Origin: Azospirillum brasilense
Lineage (GTDB): Bacteria; Pseudomonadota; Alphaproteobacteria; Rickettsiales; UBA3002
Reading direction: 5' to 3'
NCBI GenBank assembly: GCA_003241645.1
Contig: QFOX01000002.1
Span: 1,459 to 65,458, forward strand
Length of the DNA: 64,000 bases
Position 1 is the first letter of the stretch. The number at the start of each line of letters is the position of its first letter. Under the pieces are notes generated by a model. The model ran no database searches and was not told where the DNA came from. It saw only the letters and a list, made by a program, of their open reading frames with translations. Of this stretch, positions 18,056 through 26,448 are shown one piece after another. The position numbers and the translations under genes are program-made.

Positions 18056-19264
18056 ATGAAAAAGATACTAGAAACGAACAATAATCATCATTTGGACGAT
18101 GCCGGGCTTGAGACCCGGCTGGTGCATGGCGGCATTCGCCGTTCGCATTTCGGCGAGGTATCCGAAGCGCTGTTCCTCAATTCCGGCTTCTGCTACGACG
18201 CGGCCGAGACCGCCGAGAAGCGCTTCAACGGGCAGGAGCCCGGCTACGTCTATTCGCGCTACAGCAACCCCAGCCTGGTGATGCTGGAAGAGCGCCTCGC
18301 CTTTCTGGAAGGGGCCGAGCGCGCCATCGCGGTGGCCAGCGGCATGGCGGCGGTCTTCGCCTCGCTCATGAGTGTGCTGAAGGCGGGCGACCGCGTGGTG
18401 GCCAACAAGGTGCTGTTCGGCTCGTGCCATTACATCATCACCGAGCTGCTGCCGCGCTTCGGCATTACCTATGAACTCGTCGAGGGTGGCGACCTTGCGG
18501 GCTGGGAAGCAGCGCTTGCTAAGCCCACGGCGGCGGTGTTCGTGGAATCGCCCGCCAACCCGACCCTGCAACTGACCGACATTGCGCATGTGTGCCGCTG
18601 CGCCAAACAGTCCGGCGCGATCGTCATCATCGATAACGTGTTCGCCACGCCGCTGTTCCAGCGCCCGCTGGAGTTGGGGGCGGATATGGTCATCTATTCC
18701 ACCACCAAATATTTCGATGGGCAGGGCCGCACGCTTGGCGGTGTCATCCTCGGCAGCAAGCAGCTGCTGGAAGAAAAGGTGCTGCCCTTCCACCGCCATA
18801 CCGGCCCGGCGCTGAGCCCGTTCAATGCGTGGGTCATCCTGAAAGGGCTGGAAACGCTCGGCATCCGTATGGAGCGGCACGTGGCCAACGCCAAGCGCCT
18901 CGCCACCGTGCTGGAGGCCCACCCGGCCGTGGCGCGCGTGCATTACCCGGGCCTGCCCAGCTTCCCGCAATACGCGCTGGCCCAGCAGCAGATGAAAGAA
19001 CCCGGCGCGCTGATGGCCATCGAATTCAAGGGCGGCAAGGAAGCGGCCTTCGCGTTCCTGAACGGGCTGCGCATCGTCAGCATCTCGAACAATCTGGGTG
19101 ATGCGAAAAGTCTGGCCACCCACCCCGCCACCACCACGCACAGCAACCTGAGCGCTGAGGCGCGCGCCGCCATCGGCATTACGGATGGTATGGTGCGGCT
19201 TTCCGTGGGGCTTGAGAGCATCGCCGATCTGGAGCGCGACGTGCTGAACGCGTTGAAAGGCTAG
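18056..19264 (+). CDS. metZ: O-succinylhomoserine sulfhydrylase / Cys-Met metabolism PLP enzyme
   Basis: Cys/Met-metabolism PLP family blocks: TRLVHGG, YSRYSNPS, and the PLP-Lys region YSTTKYFDGQG. About 403 aa from ATG 18056. Confidence 0.8.
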   Translation: MKKILETNNNHHLDDAGLETRLVHGGIRRSHFGEVSEALFLNSGFCYDAAETAEKRFNGQEPGYVYSRYSNPSLVMLEERLAFLEGAERAIAVASGMAAVFASLMSVLKAGDRVVANKVLFGSCHYIITELLPRFGITYELVEGGDLAGWEAALAKPTAAVFVESPANPTLQLTDIAHVCRCAKQSGAIVIIDNVFATPLFQRPLELGADMVIYSTTKYFDGQGRTLGGVILGSKQLLEEKVLPFHRHTGPALSPFNAWVILKGLETLGIRMERHVANAKRLATVLEAHPAVARVHYPGLPSFPQYALAQQQMKEPGALMAIEFKGGKEAAFAFLNGLRIVSISNNLGDAKSLATHPATTTHSNLSAEARAAIGITDGMVRLSVGLESIADLERDVLNALKG

Positions 19265-19268
19265 CCAT

Positions 19269-19727
19269 ATGAAGCGCGCGCTGGGAACATGGGTGGTGAG
19301 CGTGGTGATGGCCTTCGCGGCGCAGGCCGCCAGCCTGCCGGTGACGGAGGCGACCATCTACACCAAGGGCGGCGAAGTGCCCTTCTCGCTGGAAGTGGCC
19401 GCCACGCCGGATGCGCGCATGACCGGGCTGATGAACCGCACCGACATGGGCAGCGAAGACGGCATGCTTTTCCTGTTCCCCAAGCCGCATGATTACGCGT
19501 TCTGGATGAAGAACACCGAGATCCCGCTGGATATTCTCTACATCAACGCCAAGCGGCGCATCGTGCATATCGAGCATAGCGCGACCCCGCACACGCTGAC
19601 CGAGCGCGCCGCGGGCGAGCCGGTGGTATCCGTCATCGAGCTTGACGGTGGGCGCGCAAGCCGCGAAGGTGTCGCCGTTGGAGACCATGTGCGCTATGAA
19701 CTTTCCCCCGAGATCACGACTCGCTAG
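19269..19727 (+). CDS. DUF192 domain protein (secreted)
   Basis: Signal peptide. The block GLMNRTDMGSEDGMLFLFPKPHDYAFWMKNTEIPLDILYI is characteristic of DUF192. Confidence 0.8.
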   Translation: MKRALGTWVVSVVMAFAAQAASLPVTEATIYTKGGEVPFSLEVAATPDARMTGLMNRTDMGSEDGMLFLFPKPHDYAFWMKNTEIPLDILYINAKRRIVHIEHSATPHTLTERAAGEPVVSVIELDGGRASREGVAVGDHVRYELSPEITTR

Positions 19728-20250
19728 CCTTGCTGCGGCGCTTTGCCTGCTGGCGCTTGTACACCCCGCCATGGCGCAGACCGCGGTGATCTTTGAGCGC
19801 ACGAAAATCCGCATCGACCCCGTGGCAGTGGTGGTGCAAGCCCCGGCGAAAGACGGCGAACCAGCCCCCGCGCCGGAGCCGCGCCTGCCGGTGAATTACG
19901 ACATTGAAGAACGCGGCGAAGAAGCGCTGCAGCTGGAATACATCCACACCCTCAACACCCTTACCGACAGCACGGGCGTGGCCATCGTGTTCAACCCGCC
20001 GGGCGTGGTGGCGCTGCCGCGCATGCAGGTCTTCACGCCGGTGGATGTGTTGTTCGTGGCGGAAGACGGCACCATCCTGCAGATCTACCCCGATGCAACA
20101 CTCGGCACGCTGGACCAGGACGTGTACGCGAAAGATCCCGTGCGCGCCTTCGTGTTCCTGAAGGCGGGCGAAGTGGCGGCCAGGAACATCCGCCCGCGCG
20201 ACATGATCGCGGGCACCATGTTCACCCCCGCCCCGCCGGTGCTGGAGTAG
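19687..20250 (+). CDS. Divergent DUF192-like secreted protein
   Basis: Signal peptide (..LAAALCLLALVHPAMA). C-terminal ...TPVDVLFVAEDGTILQIYPDA...AFVFLKAGEVAARNIRPRD resembles the DUF192 core. The start is uncertain (ATG at 19687 or 19696). Confidence 0.5.
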   Translation: MCAMNFPPRSRLASLAAALCLLALVHPAMAQTAVIFERTKIRIDPVAVVVQAPAKDGEPAPAPEPRLPVNYDIEERGEEALQLEYIHTLNTLTDSTGVAIVFNPPGVVALPRMQVFTPVDVLFVAEDGTILQIYPDATLGTLDQDVYAKDPVRAFVFLKAGEVAARNIRPRDMIAGTMFTPAPPVLE

Positions 20251-20418
20251 TTGCAAATCGCGCGCTGGAAGGGATCTGCTATCCCTTCGTCGCTACGCTC
20301 CGTACCCTTTTGGCTCCTCATGCTCGCCTCATTCCGCTTCGCTCCAAGTCGCTATCGCGGCTCGCGCCACTGCGGCGCTACGCAAGGAATGTTTCATCGA
20401 GAACCCTATAACGCCTTC

Positions 20419-20478
20419 GTCATGCTGAGCAGCGCGAAGCATCTCCTGCCCGAGATCCTTCGCTGCGCTCAGGATGAC
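20419..20478. repeat. Paired GTCAT-hairpin element (imperfect)
   Basis: GTCATGCTGAGCAGCGCGAAGCATC (20419-20443) faces GATCCTTCGCTGCGCTCAGGATGAC (20454-20478), whose reverse complement is GTCATCCTGAGCGCAGCGAAGGATC. Confidence 0.65.
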
Positions 20479-20494
20479 AAAAATGTGCGGTTGG

Positions 20495-20944
20495 CTAAAG
20501 CCCCAACGCGCGGGGTTCTTTGGGCGCGGGCAGAATCTCGATGATCACGAAGGCCTGTGCCAGCGGGTATTCATCCGTCAGCGTCACGTGGATATGCGCT
20601 TCGTGCCCCTCGGGCGTGAGGTGGTTCAGGGCGCGCATGGCGTTGCCCCACAGGCGAATGGTGGGTTTGCCGCCAGGCAGGTTCACCACTTCAATATCGC
20701 GCCAGAAAATGCCGCCGCCCGCGCCCACCCCGGTGCCCAGCGCTTTGCCCATGGCTTCCTTCGCGGCGAAGCGCTTGGCATAGGTGCTGGCGATGCCGTT
20801 GCGCGCGCTGTCGCCTTTGCGCGAGCGGGCTTTTGCCTGCTCGGCGGGCGTGTACACGCGCGCTTCGAACCGCGTCCCGAATTTCTTCAGCGATTGTTCA
20901 ATCCGGCGAATGTCGCACAGGTCCGATCCAAGTCCGATGATCAT
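20495..20944 (-). CDS. acpS: Holo-[acyl-carrier-protein] synthase
   Basis: [16 protein letters not shown] start, [12 protein letters not shown], and ISLTDEYP-like C-terminus ([17 protein letters not shown]). Adjacent to pdxJ, as in many bacteria. Confidence 0.9.
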   Translation of the reverse strand: MIIGLGSDLCDIRRIEQSLKKFGTRFEARVYTPAEQAKARSRKGDSARNGIASTYAKRFAAKEAMGKALGTGVGAGGGIFWRDIEVVNLPGGKPTIRLWGNAMRALNHLTPEGHEAHIHVTLTDEYPLAQAFVIIEILPAPKEPRALGL

Positions 20945-21750
20945 GCGCGTGCTCCGTCCATTACTTGGCGCATTTTTTTGATTGCGGCATCCAGCCCCAC
21001 GAACATGGCCTCGCCCATCAGGAAATGGCCGATATTCAGCTCCACCACTTCTGGCAGAGCGGCAATGGCGGGGGTGTTCGCGTAATTCAGGCCGTGGCCC
21101 GCATGCACTTCCAGCCCCAGCGAGTGCGCCAGCGTTGCCCCGGCGGCAATGCGCGCGCGTTCTTCCGCCAGCGCTGCCTGTTGTTGCGCCCTCACCCTCC
21201 CGCTATCGCGGGTCCCTCCCTCTCCCTCAGGGAGAGGGTTGGGGTGAGGGTGCAGCGCTTGGAAAAGCTCTGCGTAATGGCCGGTGTGCAGCTCGATCAC
21301 GGGTGCACCAATGCTGGAAGCAGCACGAATCTGCGCCTCGTTCGCGTCAATGAACAGCGACACGCGCAGCCCCGCCGCAAGGAACGGCTGAATATACGTT
21401 CGTAAAAACGCCTGCTGGCCCGCCACGTCCAGCCCGCCTTCGGTGGTTTTTTCCGCGCGCTTCTCGGGCACGAGGCACACCGCATGCGGCATGACCGAAA
21501 GGGCAATACGCTGCATTTCTTCCGTCGCGGCCATTTCGAAATTCAATGGCAGGCCCACGGCCTTCAGGCGCGGCATGTCAGCGTCGCGAATATGGCGGCG
21601 ATCCTCGCGCAGGTGGGCGGTAATGCCATCCGCCCCCGCATGGCGGGCCAGTTCGGCGGCATGCACGGGGTCGGGGTGTGTGCCATCGCGCGCGTTGCGC
21701 AGCGTGGCCACATGGTCGATATTCACGCCGAGGCGGAGTTTCTTAAGCAT
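20941..21750 (-). CDS. pdxJ: Pyridoxine 5'-phosphate synthase, carrying a 23-codon in-frame repeat-derived insert
   Basis: [54 protein letters not shown] and HAGHGLNY blocks. 269 aa versus about 243 in E. coli (from memory). Confidence 0.9.
   Translation of the reverse strand: MLKKLRLGVNIDHVATLRNARDGTHPDPVHAAELARHAGADGITAHLREDRRHIRDADMPRLKAVGLPLNFEMAATEEMQRIALSVMPHAVCLVPEKRAEKTTEGGLDVAGQQAFLRTYIQPFLAAGLRVSLFIDANEAQIRAASSIGAPVIELHTGHYAELFQALHPHPNPLPEGEGGTRDSGRVRAQQQAALAEERARIAAGATLAHSLGLEVHAGHGLNYANTPAIAALPEVVELNIGHFLMGEAMFVGLDAAIKKMRQVMDGARA
21189..21255. repeat. 67-bp palindromic (MITE/REP-like) element, copy 1, inside pdxJ
   Basis: CCCTCACCCTCCCGCTATCGCGGGTCCCTCCCTCTCCCTCAGGGAGAGGGTTGGGGTGAGGGTGCAG. 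Differs by 1 nt from the copy at 22633-22699. Terminal CCCTCACCC/GGGTGAGGG and central CCCTCTCCC-TCA-GGGAGAGGG inverted repeats. Confidence 0.85.
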
Positions 21751-21756
21751 TTCTTT

Positions 21757-21824
21757 GTCATTCCTGAGCAGGCAGGAATCTCCTTAAACGAATCAGAGTA
21801 GATCCCTGCGTTCGCAGGGATGAC
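21757..21824. repeat. Paired GTCAT-hairpin element
   Basis: GTCATTCCTGAGCAGGCAGGAATC (21757-21780) faces GATCCCTGCGTTCGCAGGGATGAC (21801-21824). Lies directly upstream of the pdxJ start. Confidence 0.65.
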
Positions 21825-21853
21825 AACACATGAAGCTGTTTTGTGCACTTCGC

Positions 21854-21883
21854 AAATAAAAAGGGCGACCCGAAGGCCGCCCC
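21854..21883 (-). terminator. Rho-independent terminator of the 21912-22481 gene
   Basis: The minus strand reads GGGCGGCC-TTCG-GGTCGCCC (8-bp stem, UUCG loop) followed by TTTTTATTT. Confidence 0.7.
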
Positions 21884-21911
21884 TTTGCACGGAATGGAAA
21901 TGCGTGGTCGC

Positions 21912-22481
21912 TTACGCGCGGCCTGCAGCTTGCGCCGGTGCGCTTGCGCGCTCGGCTTCAACTTTTGCGGTGTGCTTGCCGAACACGCGGTCAGCAATGG
22001 CTTTGGTGCCAACACCCGCTACGACAGTTGCACCAACAATTGCTACAGCATGTTTACCTTTGATATTTTTCCACGCAGGCATGGGCTTCTCAAGTTTGGT
22101 AAGGCCTTCTTTGATGCCTTTCAGTGCGGCATTCAAATCTTTGCTGCCCTCTTTGGTGGCTTTACCAATTTTGCTAGCCATCTCACCAACGCCCGATTCA
22201 GGCTTCAATGTGGCAGCTGCATCATCGATTTTTTGGAATGCACCTTTGAACTTGTCGCCAAGTTTTACGCCATCTTCACCAACGGTTTCGGCAACTTTAC
22301 GTACCGCGTCGCCAAATGCAGCTTTTTTTCCACCTTCAACAAAGGCTTCTTTACCTTCGATTGCATGTTGAATTACGCGATTGGCGACCGATTTCGTACT
22401 CGCAATTGCAGTTCCAGCAGCAGCCCCAGTGCCCAAAACGACACCAATCGTGCCACTGCCCTGTTTCTCGTTATCGCTCAT
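21912..22481 (-). CDS. Hypothetical Lys/Gly/Ala-rich protein with hydrophobic N- and C-terminal segments
   Basis: 189 aa. Sampled lines give about 47-50% GC, clearly below the flanks. Has its own terminator. Central amphipathic K/E/G-rich region. No family recognised. Confidence 0.6.
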   Translation of the reverse strand: MSDNEKQGSGTIGVVLGTGAAAGTAIASTKSVANRVIQHAIEGKEAFVEGGKKAAFGDAVRKVAETVGEDGVKLGDKFKGAFQKIDDAAATLKPESGVGEMASKIGKATKEGSKDLNAALKGIKEGLTKLEKPMPAWKNIKGKHAVAIVGATVVAGVGTKAIADRVFGKHTAKVEAERASAPAQAAGRA

Positions 22482-22544
22482 GATACACTCCGTGCGTTAT
22501 GCGATTTCCATAGGTGCAATGTAACCCAAGGCGCATGCAAGTAG

Positions 22545-22565
22545 TGTGAAGGTTCTGTGAAGGTT
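22545..22565 (-). promoter_or_regulatory. Candidate regulator site: exact 10-mer direct repeat with 11-bp period
   Basis: The plus strand reads TGTGAAGGTT-C-TGTGAAGGTT, which is AACCTTCACA-G-AACCTTCACA in the gene's orientation. Lies 64-84 nt upstream of the ATG at 22481. Confidence 0.3.
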
Positions 22566-22632
22566 GCGGATGTGCGTTGGCGGCTTGCCGCTTGCGTCCC
22601 CGCAATCCCGGCGAAAGCCAGCATCTATAAGG

Positions 22633-22699
22633 CCCTCACCCTCCCGCTAGCGCGGGTCCCTCCCTCTCCCTCAGGGAGAGGGTTGGGGTGAGGGTGCAG
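22633..22699. repeat. 67-bp palindromic (MITE/REP-like) element, copy 2
   Basis: Same sequence and orientation as 21189-21255 apart from one base. Ends 1 nt before the spoT stop codon (22701-22703), so it may also act as the spoT terminator hairpin. Confidence 0.85.
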
Positions 22700-22700
22700 A

Positions 22701-24863
22701 TTAGACGCGGTCCACCGCCTGCACCACGTCTTTGGCGCGCAAGCTGCTGATAATATTCTGCAAATGGCGCGAGTTCTTCACTTCCACGTCGATCAGCAGG
22801 TCGAAGAAATCGGTGGAGCGGTTGAGGATCTTCAGGTTGCTGATGTTGCCGCCATCCTTCGCGATGACGTTCGCCACGCTGGCCAGCGCCGCGGTCTCGT
22901 GGCTGAGCGACACTTTCAGGCGGCCGATGAACAGGTCGTCCTGGTTCTGCGCGTCCCATGCCACGTCGAGCCATTTCTCCGGCGCGTCGGCATAGTTCTC
23001 GAGCGTGTCGCAATCCATGGTGTGGATGGTGACGCCTTTGCCGGTGGCCACGATGCCCACGATCTTGTCGCCCGGAATGGGGTGGCAGCAGCCCGCGAAA
23101 TGGATGGCCATGCCCGGAATGAGCCCGCGGATGGGCATGGGCACGGCTTTTTTCTGCTTCTTCTTCAGGTTGGCGGCGGTGAAGGGGTTCTTCACGCCCG
23201 CGCTTTCGGATTTGCGGGTGTGGAACACCGCATCGTAGACCTGATTGCGGTTGATGAGCCCCTCGCCCACCTCGGCATACAGGTCGTCGGCTTCTTTTTT
23301 CTTGAACACGGCCAGCGCCGGCTCAAGCATCTTATCGGTCAGGTCGTGGCCTTCCTGCTTGAAGGTCTTGGTGAGGATGGCCTTGCCGAGGGTGATGTAT
23401 TCGTCGCGCTGCTGCTCGCGCATGTAGCGGCGAATTTCCGAGCGCGCTTTGCCGGTAACGACGAACCGTTCCCATGTGGGGCTGGGGGTCTGCGTTTTGG
23501 CGGTGATGATCTCGACCTGATCGCCATTCTTCAGCACATGCTTCAGCGGCACGATGCGGCCATTCACCTTGGCGCCCACACAGGTGAAGCCCACGCCCGA
23601 ATGCACGGCGAAGGCGAAATCCACCGGGGTTGAGCCGCGCGGCAGCGCGATGATGTCACCCTTCGGCGTGAAGGCGAACACCTGGTCGTGGTACATCTCG
23701 AGCTTGGTGTGCTCGAGGAATTCTTCCGCGCCCTCGGATTGCTCGAGGATCTCCAGCAACTCGCGCACCCAGCGGTATTGCTTGCCATCGCGCGCGACCG
23801 TGCCGTCGGCATTTTTATTCTGCTTGTAGCCCCAGTGCGCCGCGATCCCGTATTCGGCGATCTCGTGCATTTCCTCAGTGCGGATCTGCACCTCGATACG
23901 CTGCTGCTGCGGGCCGATGACCGCTGTGTGGATGGACTGGTAGCCGTTCACTTTCGGGGTCGAAATGTAGTCCTTAAAGTGGCCGGGAATGGTGTGGTAT
24001 TTCTCGTGGATGAGGCCGAGGATGGCGTAGCATTCGCCCACGCTGTGGGTGATGACGCGGAAGCCCACAATGTCGGCCAGCTGCTCGAAGGTCACACCCT
24101 TGGCTTCCATTTTTTTCCAGATGGAATAGGGTTTTTTCTCGCGGCCATAGATCTTGATGTCGGTCAGCCCGCCGCCGTTGGAAAGTTCGTAGAGGATCTC
24201 TTCCACGCGCTGGATCTGGCTCTGGCCTTGCTTGCGCAGGAATTCCAGCCGGGTGATGATGGATTCGCGCGCCTCGGGGAACAGCTCCTTGAAGGCAAGA
24301 TCCTGCAGCTCTTCCTTCATACGGCGCATGCCGATGCGTTCGGCCAGCGCGGCGTAAATTTCCAGCGTTTCACGGGCAATGCGCTGGCGCTTTTCCGGCT
24401 TGGGAATGTAGTGCAGCGTTTCCATGTTGTGCAGGCGGTCGGCCAGCTTCACCATCAGCACGCGCAGATCCTGCGCCATGGCGATCACCAGCTTGCGGAA
24501 ATTTTCGGCCTGCTTGCTGGATTCGGATTTGATCTCAAGGCGGTTCAGCTTGGTGACCCCGTCCACCAGCGTGCGGATCTCGTGACCGAACAGCGATTCA
24601 ATTTCATCCAGCGTGGCGTCGGTGTCCTCCACCGTGTCATGCAGCAGCGCGGTGATAATGCTGGCCGTGTCCAGCCGGTACTGGGTCAGTTTATAGGCCA
24701 CTTCCACCGGGTGGCTGAAATAGGGGTCGCCGCTGGCGCGCTTCTGCGCCCCGTGCTTCTGCATGGCGTACACATAGGCGCGGTTGAGCGCGTCTTCATC
24801 CGCATCCGGGTCATAGGCCCGGATCTTCTCGACAAGTTCCATCTGGCGTATCATGCAGCGCAA
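22701..24863 (-). CDS. spoT: Bifunctional (p)ppGpp synthetase/hydrolase (RelA/SpoT homologue)
   Basis: HD domain (HPVEVA...LLHDTVEDT) and a RelA_SpoT synthetase block. TGS domain (VFAFTPKGDIIALPRGSTPVDFAFAVHSGVG) and ACT-like C-terminus. 720 aa, downstream of rpoZ. Confidence 0.95.
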   Translation of the reverse strand: MRCMIRQMELVEKIRAYDPDADEDALNRAYVYAMQKHGAQKRASGDPYFSHPVEVAYKLTQYRLDTASIITALLHDTVEDTDATLDEIESLFGHEIRTLVDGVTKLNRLEIKSESSKQAENFRKLVIAMAQDLRVLMVKLADRLHNMETLHYIPKPEKRQRIARETLEIYAALAERIGMRRMKEELQDLAFKELFPEARESIITRLEFLRKQGQSQIQRVEEILYELSNGGGLTDIKIYGREKKPYSIWKKMEAKGVTFEQLADIVGFRVITHSVGECYAILGLIHEKYHTIPGHFKDYISTPKVNGYQSIHTAVIGPQQQRIEVQIRTEEMHEIAEYGIAAHWGYKQNKNADGTVARDGKQYRWVRELLEILEQSEGAEEFLEHTKLEMYHDQVFAFTPKGDIIALPRGSTPVDFAFAVHSGVGFTCVGAKVNGRIVPLKHVLKNGDQVEIITAKTQTPSPTWERFVVTGKARSEIRRYMREQQRDEYITLGKAILTKTFKQEGHDLTDKMLEPALAVFKKKEADDLYAEVGEGLINRNQVYDAVFHTRKSESAGVKNPFTAANLKKKQKKAVPMPIRGLIPGMAIHFAGCCHPIPGDKIVGIVATGKGVTIHTMDCDTLENYADAPEKWLDVAWDAQNQDDLFIGRLKVSLSHETAALASVANVIAKDGGNISNLKILNRSTDFFDLLIDVEVKNSRHLQNIISSLRAKDVVQAVDRV

Positions 24864-25018
24864 TATAGCGCTGATTTCAGCAGCTTGCTAGCGGTATTGC
24901 ATCGGATATGCGGTCAGCAGACCGCATGAGCCATCAGCTCGCGAAGCGACACGAAGCAATCGCACAGCAGGTGCGATCTTGCGGAGTAGTGCTAAAAATA
25001 GGGAGCGAAGCGACCGAA

Positions 25019-25411
25019 CTAGTCTTCGACTTCGATGTTCTCTTCCACGAAGCTCATGCCGCCCGAAGGTTCCTGCGGAATGTACTGGCTGGCGTCGTTG
25101 AACGCGTCCTCAATATCGGCGGCACCCTCGGCGAAGTTGCTGCCCATGTCGCTCTCACCTTCGATGCGATCGTTGGGGTCGAAGCCCACTTTCTTCTGGA
25201 AATGCTGGATAATTTCTTCCTGCACGATGTTCAGGTCAATGGTCTTATCGGCGATCTCGCGCAGCGAAACCACGGCGTCCTTGTCGTTGTCGCGGTCGAT
25301 CGTCAGCGGCATGCCCGAGGAAATCTGCTTCGCGCGCTGGGCAGCGGTCACCACCAGGTCAAAGCGGTTCGGGATGTTCAGGATGCAATCTTCAACGGTA
25401 ACGCGAGCCAT
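25019..25411 (-). CDS. rpoZ: DNA-directed RNA polymerase subunit omega
   Basis: [30 protein letters not shown] is the canonical RpoZ N-terminus. Only the last 130 aa of the 350-aa track ORF are used. Confidence 0.9.
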   Translation of the reverse strand: MARVTVEDCILNIPNRFDLVVTAAQRAKQISSGMPLTIDRDNDKDAVVSLREIADKTIDLNIVQEEIIQHFQKKVGFDPNDRIEGESDMGSNFAEGAADIEDAFNDASQYIPQEPSGGMSFVEENIEVED

Positions 25412-25498
25412 GGATACTCCAGCAGGAAATGATGAGAATTGGGGGCATGTACGGGATTCGCTTGCGATTTGCAAGAGAAACTCTATATCGTGCGCATT

Positions 25499-26446
25499 AT
25501 GGCCGAAACACTCCCCATCACCCCCGCTGCGGATAAAAAACTGCCCAAGCCGGACTGGATTCGCGTGCGCGCCCCGCAAAGCGAGGGCTACAAAAGCACG
25601 CGTGACCTGATGCGGGCCAACAACCTGCACACCGTGTGCGAGGAAGCCGCCTGCCCGAACATCGGCGAATGCTGGAGCCAGAAGCACGCTACTATGATGA
25701 TCCTGGGCGACACCTGCACCCGTGCCTGCGCCTTCTGCAACATCAAGACCGGGGTGCCCAACCCCGTGAATAAGGACGAGCCGCGCGACGTGGCCATGGC
25801 CGTGCAGAAGCTGGGCCTGCGCCATGTGGTGTTGACCAGCGTGGACCGTGATGATCTGGAGGATGGCGGCGCGAACCACTTCGCGCAATGCATCGAATAT
25901 ATTCGCACCACCGCGCCGGACACGACCATTGAGATCCTGACCCCGGATTTCCGCCGGAAAGATGGTAATCTCGAGATCGTGGTGAAGGCCCGGCCCGATG
26001 TGTTCAACCATAATATCGAGACCGTGCCCCGGCTGTACCAGCGCATTCGCCCCGGCGCGCGCTATTTCCATTCACTGAACCTGCTGAAGAAGGTGAAAGA
26101 GCTGAACCCCGCCATTTTCACCAAATCCGGCATCATGGTGGGTTTGGGCGAGACCAAGGAAGAAGTGCTGCAGGTGATGGATGATTTCCGCTCGGCCGAT
26201 ATCGACTTCATCACCATTGGCCAATATTTGCAGCCCACGCCGAACCACGCGCCGGTCGATCGTTACGTAACGCCGGACGAGTTCCGTTATTACGAACGCG
26301 TGGCCAAAACCAAAGGCTTTTTGATGGTGGCCGCCTCGCCGCTTACCCGCTCCAGTTACCATGCGGATGCGGATTTCGCGCAGATGCGCGACAACCGCAA
26401 TGCGCAGCTGGCGGCACAGCACCCCGCACCCGCTAATGATGCATAG
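25499..26446 (+). CDS. lipA: Lipoyl synthase
   Basis: Two Fe-S cluster motifs, [12 protein letters not shown] and CTRACAFCN. Start at ATG 25499. Confidence 0.95.
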   Translation: MAETLPITPAADKKLPKPDWIRVRAPQSEGYKSTRDLMRANNLHTVCEEAACPNIGECWSQKHATMMILGDTCTRACAFCNIKTGVPNPVNKDEPRDVAMAVQKLGLRHVVLTSVDRDDLEDGGANHFAQCIEYIRTTAPDTTIEILTPDFRRKDGNLEIVVKARPDVFNHNIETVPRLYQRIRPGARYFHSLNLLKKVKELNPAIFTKSGIMVGLGETKEEVLQVMDDFRSADIDFITIGQYLQPTPNHAPVDRYVTPDEFRYYERVAKTKGFLMVAASPLTRSSYHADADFAQMRDNRNAQLAAQHPAPANDA

Positions 26447-26448
26447 TC

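Noticed and set aside
22482-22640. EcfG-type general-stress promoter (GGAAC-N16-17-CGTT) upstream of the low-GC K/G/A-rich gene
   Set aside because: I read the minus strand of the whole spacer and found no match with correct spacing. Only the AACCTTCACA direct repeat stands out.
25412-26071. N-terminal 220 aa of the 350-aa track ORF that ends as rpoZ
   Set aside because: Only the last 130 aa (from MARVTVEDC...) are RpoZ. The upstream part is antisense to lipA and has no RBS or ATG logic.
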